Assembly: GCA_050174915.1 (NCBI GenBank)
Contig: JBFXJL010000002.1
Location: forward strand, 195,626 to 259,625
Reading direction: 5' to 3'
From: Elusimicrobiales bacterium
Lineage (GTDB): Bacteria > Elusimicrobiota > Elusimicrobia > Elusimicrobiales > UBA9959
DNA length: 64,000 nt
The translations under genes and the position numbers were made by a program. This document shows, piece by piece, positions 24,860-33,945 of the stretch. The stretch's first letter is position 1. Every line of letters begins with the position of its first letter. The notes under the pieces were generated by a model, which was not told the DNA's origin, did no database searches, and was given only the letters and a program-made list of their open reading frames with translations.

Positions 24860-27800
24860 ATGAACGAATTTTTTCCGAAAGTGATCAAGAAGCGCGACGG
24901 CAAAGTGGCGCCTTTCAACCTGGAGAAGATAAAAGCCGCCATCTACAAAGCCGCCTACACGCTGGGCGGCCGCGACGAGGAGAAGGCCGTGGAAGTGGCC
25001 AACGACGTGGCCCGCCGCCTTAACACCGAATTCACCCTCAAGAACGCCATCCCCACCGTGGACGATTCTAATGCCATGTGCGTCACCGTGCTGCGCGAGA
25101 AAGGTTTCGACCGCACAGCCGACAAGTTCGAGTTTTACGCCCTGGACCGCAACCGCGTGCGCAAGAGCGGCCTCACCGTCAAGAAGAAGGCCGGCAAGGC
25201 CGACATCACCGACCAGATGCTGCTGGTGGCCAGCATCACCAACGAGACCATAGAGCCCTTCGACCGCAAGAAGCTGGCCGAGGCGTTGGAGAAGGAATAC
25301 GCGCTGACCCCGGACTTGGCCGCCATGATAGCCAAGGAAACCGAGAACAACGCCTACGAGCTCTCCGAGAAGTACGGCACCAAGTCCTACGACACGCAGT
25401 TCCTGCGCCGCATCGCCGAGAGCCACCTCTCGATGATGGGCATCCCGCTCAAGAACTCCGCGCTCGCCATGCCCATCTCCACCGTCGAGGGCCTGGTGAT
25501 CGGCAACAGCAAGGAAAACTCCAACATCACCTCCAATAACCCCGAGGCCGTGAACCTGGGCATAGCCGAGTACGTGCTCAAGCAGTACAACCTGCGCAAG
25601 GTGTTCAGCGAGGAAGTGGCCGCCGCCCACAATAACGGCACCGTGCACGTGCACGACCTGGGCTATCCCCAGCGCGTGTACTGCAGCAGCCACTCCGTCG
25701 AGTACATCAAGAAGTACGGCCTCGACAAGATAGTGTCCAACCTGCAGAACAAGAGCAACCCCGCGAAGTCAGCCATGGTGCTTAACGGCCACATCCAGAC
25801 CTTCCTGGCCTCCATGCAGAGCCGCTATGCCGGCGCCCTGGGCTTCGGCTTCCTTAATATACTGTACGCCCCCATGCTCAACTGCCCCGAAGTGCTGGTC
25901 GAGGGCGAACTGGAGGGCAAGACCGTGCGTATGAAGAAGGACGCGCTCGAGGCCATGGTGGAGGCCGGCTCCGTCTCCTATACCGACGGCACCGCCGTGC
26001 CCTACTTCCGCAAGACCGGCGAAGTGCGCGTGCTCAGCAAGCTCTCCCGCAAGGAGATGCGCCAGATCGCCCAGAACCTCATCTTCTCGGCCAGCCAGAA
26101 CGCGTTCAGCCGCGGCGGCCAGACGCTGTTCATCGACTTCAACATCCACACGGGCGTGCCGCAGTACATGCATAATGTCCCGGCGATGGGCCCCGGCGGC
26201 AAGTACATGATCGAGGACGCGGCCGGCAACATCGAGCTCGTGGACGAGGCCCCCCGCTTCAAGGGCGTCGAGGGCGACTCCCGCAACGGCGACGTGGTGC
26301 ACCCCGCCGACGGCCGCAAATACGTCACCTACGGCGACCCCCGCATGGTGAAGACCTCGCAGGAATTCGCCATCGAGCTGATGAAAGTCTGGGAGGACGG
26401 CGACAAGTACGGCATTCAGTTCGCCTTCCCCAAGTGCGACCTGCACGTAAGCCGCGAAGCCCTCGAGAATCCCGACGAGCGCGAAGTGTACGACTACGGC
26501 TGCAAGCTGGCCACCAAGAACGGGTCGACCTACTTCATGTTCGACCGCGACGGCGCCGGCGCTACCCTGGCCCAGTGCTGCCGCCTCAAGGAGAAGGTCA
26601 CCGATTCTTTCCTGCTCAAGCACCCCGAGCGCATCCGCTTCACCGGCTTCCAGAACGTCACCATCAACCTGCCGCAGGCCGCCTTCAAGGGCAAGACCCT
26701 CGAGGGCACCGTGACCGAGATCGAGAAGGCCATGGACATCGCGATGAAGGCCCACCTGCAGAAGAAGGTCTACACGCAGACCCTGCTGGACACCGACGGC
26801 AGCCCGCTGCGCTCCCTGGGCATCCCTTCCGACGACGGCACGCCGTACGTGGACCTCAACAAGGCCACCTATATCATAGGTCTCATCGGCCTTAACGAGG
26901 TGGTGCAGTACCTGACCGGCAAAGAGCTGCACGACGGCCGCGACGCCTACGAGACCGGCATGCAGATCATAGACCACATGTACCAGAAGGTGGCCAGCCT
27001 GAAGGCTCAGTACGGCCTTAAGATCACGCTGGAGGAGAGCCCCGCCGAGAGCGCCACCCAAAAGATGGCCAAAGGCGACCTGGCCCGCTTCCCCGAGGCT
27101 AAAAAAGTGATCAAGGGTGATCTGACCAAGGCCCCTTATTACACCAACTCTGTGCATCTCAATCCGGGCGCCAACGTGTCCATTCTTGACCGCCTGGAGT
27201 TGCAGAGCAAGTTCCACGAGATGATAGAGTCGGGCGCCATCATCCACGTGTACTGCGGAGAATCCCAGATCCCGCCGGAGTCCATCGCCACGCTGGTGGA
27301 GAAGGCTTACCGCAACACCCGCGCCGCGCAGCTTACCGTCTCACCCGAGTTCACGCACTGCAACGGCTGTCACACCAACTACTTCGGGTTTAAGAAGGCC
27401 TGCGCCAAGTGCGGCAGCGAAGACGTAACGCTGCGCACCAAGATCGTAGGCTACTTCTCCAACCTCTCCGGCTGGAACGACTCCCAGTTGGAGATCAGCA
27501 AGGCCCGCGAGGCGGTGGCGCAGCATTACGCCGACTTCACGCCCCAGGTGCCCTGGCTGCACGAGAAGGACAGTTCCCAGAAGGTGATGGTGTTCGGCAA
27601 GGTAGGCTGCGGTATGTGCGAGGAAGCCAAGCACAGCCTGACCAAGGCCCTGAAGGAAAAGGGCATGGAGATCCCGGTGGAGTTCCATGACCTGTCAACG
27701 CCGGAGGCCAGGCTGGTGGCCGCGCGCTGGAACGTGCCCCTGGACCCCATCCCCACCGTGCTCGTCAAGAACAACGGCACCATGGGCCGCTACGAGCTGG

Positions 27801-27880
27801 AGTTCAAGCGCGGCAAGCCCGTGCACCGCAAAGAAGTGGAATACTATAAGATGGTAGAGGGAGCTTACGCCGTAAAATAA
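24860..27880 (+). CDS. nrdD: anaerobic (class III) ribonucleoside-triphosphate reductase with C-terminal glutaredoxin/NrdH-like domain
   Basis: 1006 aa. N-terminal ATP-cone (VIKRDGKVAPFNLEKI). Zn site HCNGCH...CAKCGS. Glycyl-radical loop RTKIVGYFS (Gly codon 27449-27451). An extra ~100-aa thioredoxin-fold tail follows: KVMVFGKVGCGMCEEAK...IPTVLV (CGMC at 27608-27619). Confidence 0.9.
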   Translation: MNEFFPKVIKKRDGKVAPFNLEKIKAAIYKAAYTLGGRDEEKAVEVANDVARRLNTEFTLKNAIPTVDDSNAMCVTVLREKGFDRTADKFEFYALDRNRVRKSGLTVKKKAGKADITDQMLLVASITNETIEPFDRKKLAEALEKEYALTPDLAAMIAKETENNAYELSEKYGTKSYDTQFLRRIAESHLSMMGIPLKNSALAMPISTVEGLVIGNSKENSNITSNNPEAVNLGIAEYVLKQYNLRKVFSEEVAAAHNNGTVHVHDLGYPQRVYCSSHSVEYIKKYGLDKIVSNLQNKSNPAKSAMVLNGHIQTFLASMQSRYAGALGFGFLNILYAPMLNCPEVLVEGELEGKTVRMKKDALEAMVEAGSVSYTDGTAVPYFRKTGEVRVLSKLSRKEMRQIAQNLIFSASQNAFSRGGQTLFIDFNIHTGVPQYMHNVPAMGPGGKYMIEDAAGNIELVDEAPRFKGVEGDSRNGDVVHPADGRKYVTYGDPRMVKTSQEFAIELMKVWEDGDKYGIQFAFPKCDLHVSREALENPDEREVYDYGCKLATKNGSTYFMFDRDGAGATLAQCCRLKEKVTDSFLLKHPERIRFTGFQNVTINLPQAAFKGKTLEGTVTEIEKAMDIAMKAHLQKKVYTQTLLDTDGSPLRSLGIPSDDGTPYVDLNKATYIIGLIGLNEVVQYLTGKELHDGRDAYETGMQIIDHMYQKVASLKAQYGLKITLEESPAESATQKMAKGDLARFPEAKKVIKGDLTKAPYYTNSVHLNPGANVSILDRLELQSKFHEMIESGAIIHVYCGESQIPPESIATLVEKAYRNTRAAQLTVSPEFTHCNGCHTNYFGFKKACAKCGSEDVTLRTKIVGYFSNLSGWNDSQLEISKAREAVAQHYADFTPQVPWLHEKDSSQKVMVFGKVGCGMCEEAKHSLTKALKEKGMEIPVEFHDLSTPEARLVAARWNVPLDPIPTVLVKNNGTMGRYELEFKRGKPVHRKEVEYYKMVEGAYAVK

Positions 27881-28069
27881 GGCGGCCGCCGCGGGGATTG
27901 GAACGCAAAAACGGGGTCGGCCACACCGTGGCCTCGCTCATCAATCGGGCAAGAAAGTGTCGCTTCGCTCCACGCGGCGAATTAACAAGCCTCGCCCTTA
28001 TGAAGGTTTTGCTAACCCAATCCCCGCGTCACCCGCGGTTTGCTCGTCATCGGCTGGAAAATAATAAAA

Positions 28070-28795
28070 ATGAAAATTGGTGCGGCACTCGGTTTTAACC
28101 TGATAGACTACCCCGGCAAGATAGCCGCCGTGGCTTTTACGCCCGGCTGCAATTATCGTTGCCCGCATTGCCATGCCGCGCCGCTGCTGGCCGACGCCAA
28201 GGACCTGGGGGCCGAGGGGTTCCTGGAGTATCTCGACACGGTGAAGGACTGGGTCAACGGGGTCACCATCTGCGGCGGCGAGCCTACGTTGCAGCCCGGG
28301 CTGCTGCCGTTCATACAGAAACTGCGGAAAAAGGGGTTGGCTGTAAAACTGGACACAAACGGCAGTAACCCTAAGTTGTTGGCGCGGCTGCTGGACGAAG
28401 GCCTGGTGGATTACGTGGCTATGGACGTAAAAGGGCCGCGCTTCCTGTGGCCGGCCACCGCCGGCGTCGAGGGGCACGAGGACGCCATGAGCGAAAGCCT
28501 GCGCCTGGTAGCGCGCTTCCCCGTCTATGAATTCCGCACTACCGTCGCCCCCGTGATACGCGGCGGCGGGGAGATTTCCTTCCTCACCGTGCAGGAGATG
28601 TCGGCCGCGGCCCGCCTGGTGGTGCAGGTCACCGGCAGCGACGCTCACAAGTATTATGTGCAGAAGTTCGTGCCCCGCAAGGGCGGCCTGCTCGACAAGC
28701 GCCTTGAAGAGTTCCCTGAAACCCCGGTGCAGCTGCTGCAGGATATACATAAAGAAGTCCTTAAATATCTTCCCAATACCCAGTTGAGAGGCTGA
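28070..28795 (+). CDS. nrdG: anaerobic RNR activating enzyme (radical SAM)
   Basis: GCNYRCPHCHA CxxxCxxC cluster motif and DYPGKIA N-terminus. The start was taken at MKIG (28070); the track start 28040 is an alternative. Confidence 0.8.
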   Translation: MKIGAALGFNLIDYPGKIAAVAFTPGCNYRCPHCHAAPLLADAKDLGAEGFLEYLDTVKDWVNGVTICGGEPTLQPGLLPFIQKLRKKGLAVKLDTNGSNPKLLARLLDEGLVDYVAMDVKGPRFLWPATAGVEGHEDAMSESLRLVARFPVYEFRTTVAPVIRGGGEISFLTVQEMSAAARLVVQVTGSDAHKYYVQKFVPRKGGLLDKRLEEFPETPVQLLQDIHKEVLKYLPNTQLRG

Positions 28796-28796
28796 A

Positions 28797-29240
28797 ATGT
28801 CAAAGGTTGAGATAGAGATACAGAGAATAAATCCCGAGGCCAGGCTGCCCGCCTACGCCCATCACGGCGACGCCGGCGTGGACCTTTTTTCTACCATAGA
28901 CCACACGCTGCAGCCAGGCGCGCGGGTGCTGGTGCCCACCGGCCTGAAGATGGCCATTCCCGAGGGCTATGAAGGCCAGGTGCGGCCCAAGAGCGGCCTC
29001 GCCCTCAAGCACGGTATCTCCGTGCTCAATACCCCCGGCACCGTGGACGCGCCCTACCGCGGCGAGGTGGGCGTAATACTTATCAACCTCGACCCCAAGA
29101 CGCCCTACGAGATAAAGAAGGGCGAGAAAGTGGCGCAGATGGTTTTTGCCAGGGTGGAGCACGCCGCTTTCGCCGAAACTCCGGAGCTGGCCGCTACCAC
29201 CCGGGGCGAGGGCGGCTTCGGCAGCACCGGCAAACATTGA
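28797..29240 (+). CDS. dut: dUTP diphosphatase
   Basis: 147 aa. The five dUTPase motifs are present (AGVDL, PKSGLAL, GTVDAPYRGEV, RGEGGFGSTG). Confidence 0.9.
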   Translation: MSKVEIEIQRINPEARLPAYAHHGDAGVDLFSTIDHTLQPGARVLVPTGLKMAIPEGYEGQVRPKSGLALKHGISVLNTPGTVDAPYRGEVGVILINLDPKTPYEIKKGEKVAQMVFARVEHAAFAETPELAATTRGEGGFGSTGKH

Positions 29241-29264
29241 TAGCTAACGGGTAAGGAGGGTAAA

Positions 29265-29768
29265 ATGGGAACTCGCGGACGCGAAATTATCGGGATGGAC
29301 GTGGACAAACTGCTGGAAATGCTCAACAAGGCTTTCGCCAGCGAATGGCTGGCTTATTATCAGTACTGGCTGGGCGCCAAGCTGATCAAGGGCCCCATGA
29401 AGGACGCCGTGGCGGCCGAACTGAACCTGCACGCCACTGAAGAACTGAGCCACGCCACCCTGCTGGCCGGCCGCATCATACAGCTGGGCGGCACGCCGGC
29501 CCTGGGCCCGAATGACTGGCTGAAGCTCACCCCCTGCAAGTACGACGCTCCCGAGGATCCTTATGTGGCCGTGCTGCTGGACCAGAATATAGCCGGAGAG
29601 CAGTGCGCCATCAGCACCTACAAAGCCCTGATGGACGCCACCAAGGACAAGGACATGGTCACCTACAACATGGCCCTGACCATCCTCGAGCAGGAAGTGG
29701 AGCACGAGGAAGACCTGCAGAGCCTGCGCGAGGACCTGGACCTGATGGTCAACCGCGGCGCCAAGTAA
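29265..29768 (+). CDS. ferritin-like / Dps-like diiron protein
   Basis: 167 aa. Four-helix ferritin-like pattern with E..H ligand pairs (ATEELSHA, EQEVEHEED). AAGGAGGG RBS. Confidence 0.7.
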   Translation: MGTRGREIIGMDVDKLLEMLNKAFASEWLAYYQYWLGAKLIKGPMKDAVAAELNLHATEELSHATLLAGRIIQLGGTPALGPNDWLKLTPCKYDAPEDPYVAVLLDQNIAGEQCAISTYKALMDATKDKDMVTYNMALTILEQEVEHEEDLQSLREDLDLMVNRGAK

Positions 29769-29785
29769 AGTTCTGGCCGACAACT

Positions 29786-29822
29786 AAAGACCGGAGGGCG
29801 GCCTCCGGTCTTTAGTTTTTTT
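29786..29822 (+). terminator. intrinsic terminator
   Basis: AAAGACCGGAGG-CGG-CCTCCGGTCTTT followed by a T-rich run. Confidence 0.7.
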
Positions 29823-29845
29823 ACCGGAAATTATAGACTCTAAAA

Positions 29846-32032
29846 ATGAATTTCATAGACATGCGCACCGTGCTGCTGGGGTTGGCCGCCACCGATGTGA
29901 TCGGCGCCGTGGTGCTGGGCCTGCTGTACTGGCATAACCGTGGGCGTTATAAAGGGTTGGGCCTGTTTCTGCTGGCCTTCCTGATGCATTCCGCCGGCAT
30001 AACCCTCATGCTGGGCCGCGGCGCCCTGCCCGAAGCTATCGGTATATTCGCGGCCAATATTTCCGCCATGGGCGGCCTTCTATCTCTCTACGCCGGCTTG
30101 TGCAGTTTCTGGGGCAGGGCCTGCGACCTGCGCCCGCCTTTGGCAATGCTGGGGCTTTTCGCGGCGCTGCACGCGTATTTTACCTTCGCCGCGCCCAGCC
30201 TGCACGCGCGCACGATTAACCTTAACGTTTGGCTTGCCGCTTTCTTCTCGCTGTGCGCCTGGGTGGCCCGCGCCGGCGCGCCGCCAGCCCTCCGGCCTTC
30301 GGCTTTATTTAGCACCCTGGTGTTCGTCGCCTTCGCGGCCGTGAGCCTTGCCAGGGTGGGGCTGGGGCTTTTCGTCGGCGTGACCAGCGACTTCTTTCAG
30401 TCCGGGGCGGCCGATACTTCGCTGGTCCTCGTCTTCCAGCTGCTTACGGTATTGCTGGTTTTCGGCCTGTTCCTGATGGTCAACCGCCGACTGCTGGCCG
30501 ACGCCCAGGCCGATTTCGAGGGCCGCGTGCAGGCCGAACGCGCCCTGTCCGGCGCGCTGAAGGTGGCCAGGCTGGGCACCTGGAACTGGGACATAGCCGC
30601 CAACAGGTTCAGCGCTTCGGCGGAGCTGCTGGACATTTTCGGTTTCAAGGAAGGCGAGTTCTCCGGCGGTTTTTCGGAAGTGATGTCGCGCGTGGTGCAT
30701 CCCGGCGACATCGCCCTGCTGGAGGCGGCCAACCGCTCGGTGGCGGAGAACGGCGCGGCCGAGGGCGTGGAATACCGCGTGCTGCGGCCCGGCGGCGAAC
30801 AGCGCTGGGTGTACGGGGTGGCTTTCGACCTGGAGCGCGACGCGCAGGGGCAGCCGCGGGCGCTCAAGGGGTACGCGCAGGACATAACGGAACGAAAGAC
30901 GGCAGAGGCCGCCATGCAGTCCGCCCAGAAACTGGAGTCGCTCGGCGCCCTGGCCGGCGGCATAGCGCACGACTTTAACAATATACTCACCGGCATAACG
31001 GCCAGCCTGTCGCTGCTGCGGGGCAAGGCGCCGGCCGCCGAAGCGCAGGAACTGGTGCACGAGGCCGAAACAGCCTGCCGCTCGGCCAAGGGCCTGGCCG
31101 GCCAGCTGCTCACCTTCGCCTCCGGCGGCCGGCCGGTGCGCAAGCCGCTGGACCTGGGCGCGCTGGCCCGCCAGAGCGCCGAGTTCTCGCTGCGCGGCTC
31201 CGGTGTGGCGGCGGAGTTCTCCATAGACGGAGAGATTTACGCTCTCGCCGACCGCGACCAGGTTTTTCAGGCGGTGCAGAACCTGGTGATGAACGCGGCG
31301 CAGGCCATGGGCGGGGCCGGCTCCATACAGGTGGCGGCGGTCGCCGTTGAGCTGGCTGATGGCGCCGTGCCGGGACTGCCCGCAGGCAAATACGGCGCGC
31401 TTACCGTGCGCGACCGGGGCCCCGGCATCCCGACTCAGGTAAAGGGCCGTCTGTTCGAGCCCTATTTCAGCACCAAGGGCACCGGGCGCGGCCTGGGCCT
31501 GGCCGTCTGCCGTTCCATCGCCGTCAAGCACGGCGGCCAGATAACCATGGAGACCGGCCCGGGCGGCACCGCCTTTACCCTTTACCTGCCGCTCACACAG
31601 GAGCGCCCGGATATTTCCAATCGACACGCAGGAGCCGCCCCGGCCGCGGCCGGCAAGGGTAGGGTGCTGGTGATGGACGACGAAGAGATAATACACCGGG
31701 CGCTGGGCCGTATGCTCAAAGAACTGGGTTACGAGCCCGAGATAGCCACCGACGGCGACCAGGCCCTGGCCGCCTGGAAATCCGCGGCCGAGGCGGGCCG
31801 GCCCTTCGCCGCGGCCATCATGGACCTGACCATCTCGGGCGGCATGGGCGGTGTGGAGGCCGTGCGCCGGTTGAAGGAGTTGTCCCCGTCCGCCCGGGCC
31901 ATAGTGTCCAGCGGCTATGCCGACGACCCGGTGTTGGCCTCTTATAAGGACTACGGCTTCAGCGGAGTGCTGCCCAAGCCCTTCCGCCTGGAAGACCTGT
32001 CCAGGGCTCTAGACGAGAGCGCCGCGGCCTGA
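29846..32032 (+). CDS. hybrid sensor histidine kinase (multi-TM sensor, PAS, HisKA, HATPase_c, receiver)
   Basis: 728 aa with about 6-7 N-terminal TM helices. H-box IAHDFNNILTGI. N/G boxes (NLVMNAAQA, DRGPGIP, GTGRGLGL). C-terminal REC domain (VLVMDDE...DLTISGGMGG...KPF). Confidence 0.85.
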   Translation: MNFIDMRTVLLGLAATDVIGAVVLGLLYWHNRGRYKGLGLFLLAFLMHSAGITLMLGRGALPEAIGIFAANISAMGGLLSLYAGLCSFWGRACDLRPPLAMLGLFAALHAYFTFAAPSLHARTINLNVWLAAFFSLCAWVARAGAPPALRPSALFSTLVFVAFAAVSLARVGLGLFVGVTSDFFQSGAADTSLVLVFQLLTVLLVFGLFLMVNRRLLADAQADFEGRVQAERALSGALKVARLGTWNWDIAANRFSASAELLDIFGFKEGEFSGGFSEVMSRVVHPGDIALLEAANRSVAENGAAEGVEYRVLRPGGEQRWVYGVAFDLERDAQGQPRALKGYAQDITERKTAEAAMQSAQKLESLGALAGGIAHDFNNILTGITASLSLLRGKAPAAEAQELVHEAETACRSAKGLAGQLLTFASGGRPVRKPLDLGALARQSAEFSLRGSGVAAEFSIDGEIYALADRDQVFQAVQNLVMNAAQAMGGAGSIQVAAVAVELADGAVPGLPAGKYGALTVRDRGPGIPTQVKGRLFEPYFSTKGTGRGLGLAVCRSIAVKHGGQITMETGPGGTAFTLYLPLTQERPDISNRHAGAAPAAAGKGRVLVMDDEEIIHRALGRMLKELGYEPEIATDGDQALAAWKSAAEAGRPFAAAIMDLTISGGMGGVEAVRRLKELSPSARAIVSSGYADDPVLASYKDYGFSGVLPKPFRLEDLSRALDESAAA

Positions 32033-32048
32033 GCCTGCCCCGGAAAAG

Positions 32049-32078
32049 GACCGGAGGTGACCCTTCCGGTCTTTTTTT
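32049..32078 (+). terminator. intrinsic terminator
   Basis: GACCGGA...TCCGGTC stem followed by T7. Confidence 0.6.
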
Positions 32079-32152
32079 GTCCTGCCAGTTATGTTGCACT
32101 CTTGTCAGAACAGGCGGCCTGCTGTTCGCCCTGGTATAAGCCCGCGCGGCGC

Positions 32153-32185
32153 AAAAAAACCGGAGGCCTTCCTCCGGTTTTTTTT
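32153..32185. terminator. bidirectional intrinsic terminator
   Basis: A7-CCGGAGG-CCTT-CCTCCGG-T8. It serves pruA on the minus strand. Confidence 0.7.
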
Positions 32186-32218
32186 ATCTATCGAGGCGAA
32201 GCCTCGATAGGCAGGCGG

Positions 32219-33856
32219 CTATTTTTCCAGCATGAACGGGTAGCGGTAGTCGTGCGGCGGGGTGAAGTTCTCCTTTACCGCGCGAGGCGAGGTCCAGCGC
32301 ATCATGTTGATGATGGAGCCGGCCTTGTCGTTGGTGCCGCTGGCGCGGGCGCCGCCGAAAGGCTGCTGGCCTACCACGGCCCCGGTGGGCTTGTCGTTGA
32401 TGTAGAAGTTGCCCGCCGCGTCGCGCAGCGCGTCCTCGGCCTTCAGTATGGCCGCCCTGTCCTGGGCGAAGATGGCCCCGGTCAGCGCGTACGGCGAGGT
32501 CTCGTCGCAGATCTTCAGGGTTTCTTCGAATTTCCCGTCCTCGTAGACGTACACCGTCATCACCGGCCCGAAGATCTCCTCTTCCATCGTTTTGAACTTC
32601 GGGTTGGTCGTTTCTATCAGCGTGGGCTGTATGAAATAGCCCTCGCTGTCGTCGCAGCCGCCGCCGGCCAGTATTTTAGCGTCGGGGGCGGCCTTGGCGA
32701 AGTCTATGTAGCCCTTGATGGTGGCGTAGGCGCCCTTGTCTATGACGGCGTTGACCAGGTTGCTGAAGTCCTCGGCCGGGCCCATCTTTATGCCTTTGAT
32801 CTGGGAGACCAGGTCGTCCTTGATGGCGTTCCAGACCGAGCGCGGGATGTAGGAGCGGCTGGCCGCCGAGCATTTCTGGCCCTGGTACTCGTAGGCGCCG
32901 CGTATCATGGCGCATTTCAGCGCCTCGCGGTCGCAGCTCTCGTGGGCGAAGATGAAGTCCTTGCCCCCTGTTTCACCCACCACGCGCGGGTAGCCGCGGT
33001 ATTTGCTGAAATTGCCGGTGATCGTGGACCACATGCCGTTGAACACGCCGGTGGAGCCCGTAAAGTGCAGGCCCATCAGGTCGCGGCTGGCTATGACGGG
33101 GTTGCCCACCTCGCTCCCCGAGCCGGGCAGCATGTTTATGGCGCCGGCGGGCAGGCCGGCCGCCTCCCAGAGTTTGGCCAGGAAGTAGGCGGAGTAGACG
33201 GCGCTGGAGGCCGGCTTCCAGATGACGGTATTGCCCATGATGGCCGGGGCCGTGGGTAAATTGCCGGCTATGGAGGTGAAGTTGAACGGCGTCACGGCGA
33301 AGACGAAGCCTTCGAGGGGGCGGTAGTCCACGTAGTTCCAGCTGCCCGACGGAGAGAGCGGCTGCTGGTCGTGGATCTGCTCGGCGAACCAGGTGTTGAA
33401 GCGGTAGAAGTCCACCAGCTCGCAGGCCGAGTCTATTTCGGCCTGGTAGGGGTTCTTGCTCTGGCCTATCATGGTGGCGGCGTTGAGGGTCTGCCGCCAG
33501 GTGGTGGCCAGCAGTTCGCCGGCCTTGAGGAAAATGGCGGCGCGGGCGTGCCAGGGCATGCGGCCCCAGGTCTTGCGGGCGTCGGCCGCGGCCTGCACGG
33601 CCATTTCCACTTCTTTAGGGCCGGCTTTATGGTAGCGGCCTATCACTTTTTTGTTTTCGTGCGGTATTACTATGTCGGCGGTGCGGCCGGTGCGCACTTC
33701 TTTGCCGCCGATGATGAGCGGTATGTCTATCACCTGTTCCCGCAATTCGGTTATCTTGGCTTTCAACTCGGCGCGCTCTTTGCTTCCCGGCGCGTAGCCG
33801 AGGATGGGTTCGTTGACCGGTTCGGGTATCTGGAAAATAGTGTTCAGTGTGTTCAT
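32219..33856 (-). CDS. pruA: L-glutamate gamma-semialdehyde (1-pyrroline-5-carboxylate) dehydrogenase
   Basis: 545 aa. Aldehyde dehydrogenase fold (VVGETGGKDF, catalytic Cys in QGQKCSAASR) with the long-form P5CDH N-terminus (FQIPEPVNEPILGYAPGS). Confidence 0.85.
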   Translation of the reverse strand: MNTLNTIFQIPEPVNEPILGYAPGSKERAELKAKITELREQVIDIPLIIGGKEVRTGRTADIVIPHENKKVIGRYHKAGPKEVEMAVQAAADARKTWGRMPWHARAAIFLKAGELLATTWRQTLNAATMIGQSKNPYQAEIDSACELVDFYRFNTWFAEQIHDQQPLSPSGSWNYVDYRPLEGFVFAVTPFNFTSIAGNLPTAPAIMGNTVIWKPASSAVYSAYFLAKLWEAAGLPAGAINMLPGSGSEVGNPVIASRDLMGLHFTGSTGVFNGMWSTITGNFSKYRGYPRVVGETGGKDFIFAHESCDREALKCAMIRGAYEYQGQKCSAASRSYIPRSVWNAIKDDLVSQIKGIKMGPAEDFSNLVNAVIDKGAYATIKGYIDFAKAAPDAKILAGGGCDDSEGYFIQPTLIETTNPKFKTMEEEIFGPVMTVYVYEDGKFEETLKICDETSPYALTGAIFAQDRAAILKAEDALRDAAGNFYINDKPTGAVVGQQPFGGARASGTNDKAGSIINMMRWTSPRAVKENFTPPHDYRYPFMLEK

Positions 33857-33906
33857 GGGGCCTCCCTAAGGTTTCAGATATGTTAGCAAGCCGGAAGTTA
33901 TTAGTA

Positions 33907-33938
33907 TAATTCATAGTGTTCATAGCGATTATGAATTA
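33907..33938. promoter_or_regulatory. candidate LysR-type operator in the pruA / LysR divergent region
   Basis: Perfect 9-bp inverted repeat TAATTCATA-N14-TATGAATTA, with an internal TTCATAG direct repeat, in the 89-bp divergent intergenic region. Confidence 0.4.
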
Positions 33939-33945
33939 AATTTAT

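Noticed and set aside
27898-28098. 66-aa ORF in the nrdD-nrdG spacer
   Set aside because: It has a non-ATG start, no RBS, basic low-complexity translation, and overlaps the nrdG start. The region is better explained as structured RNA.
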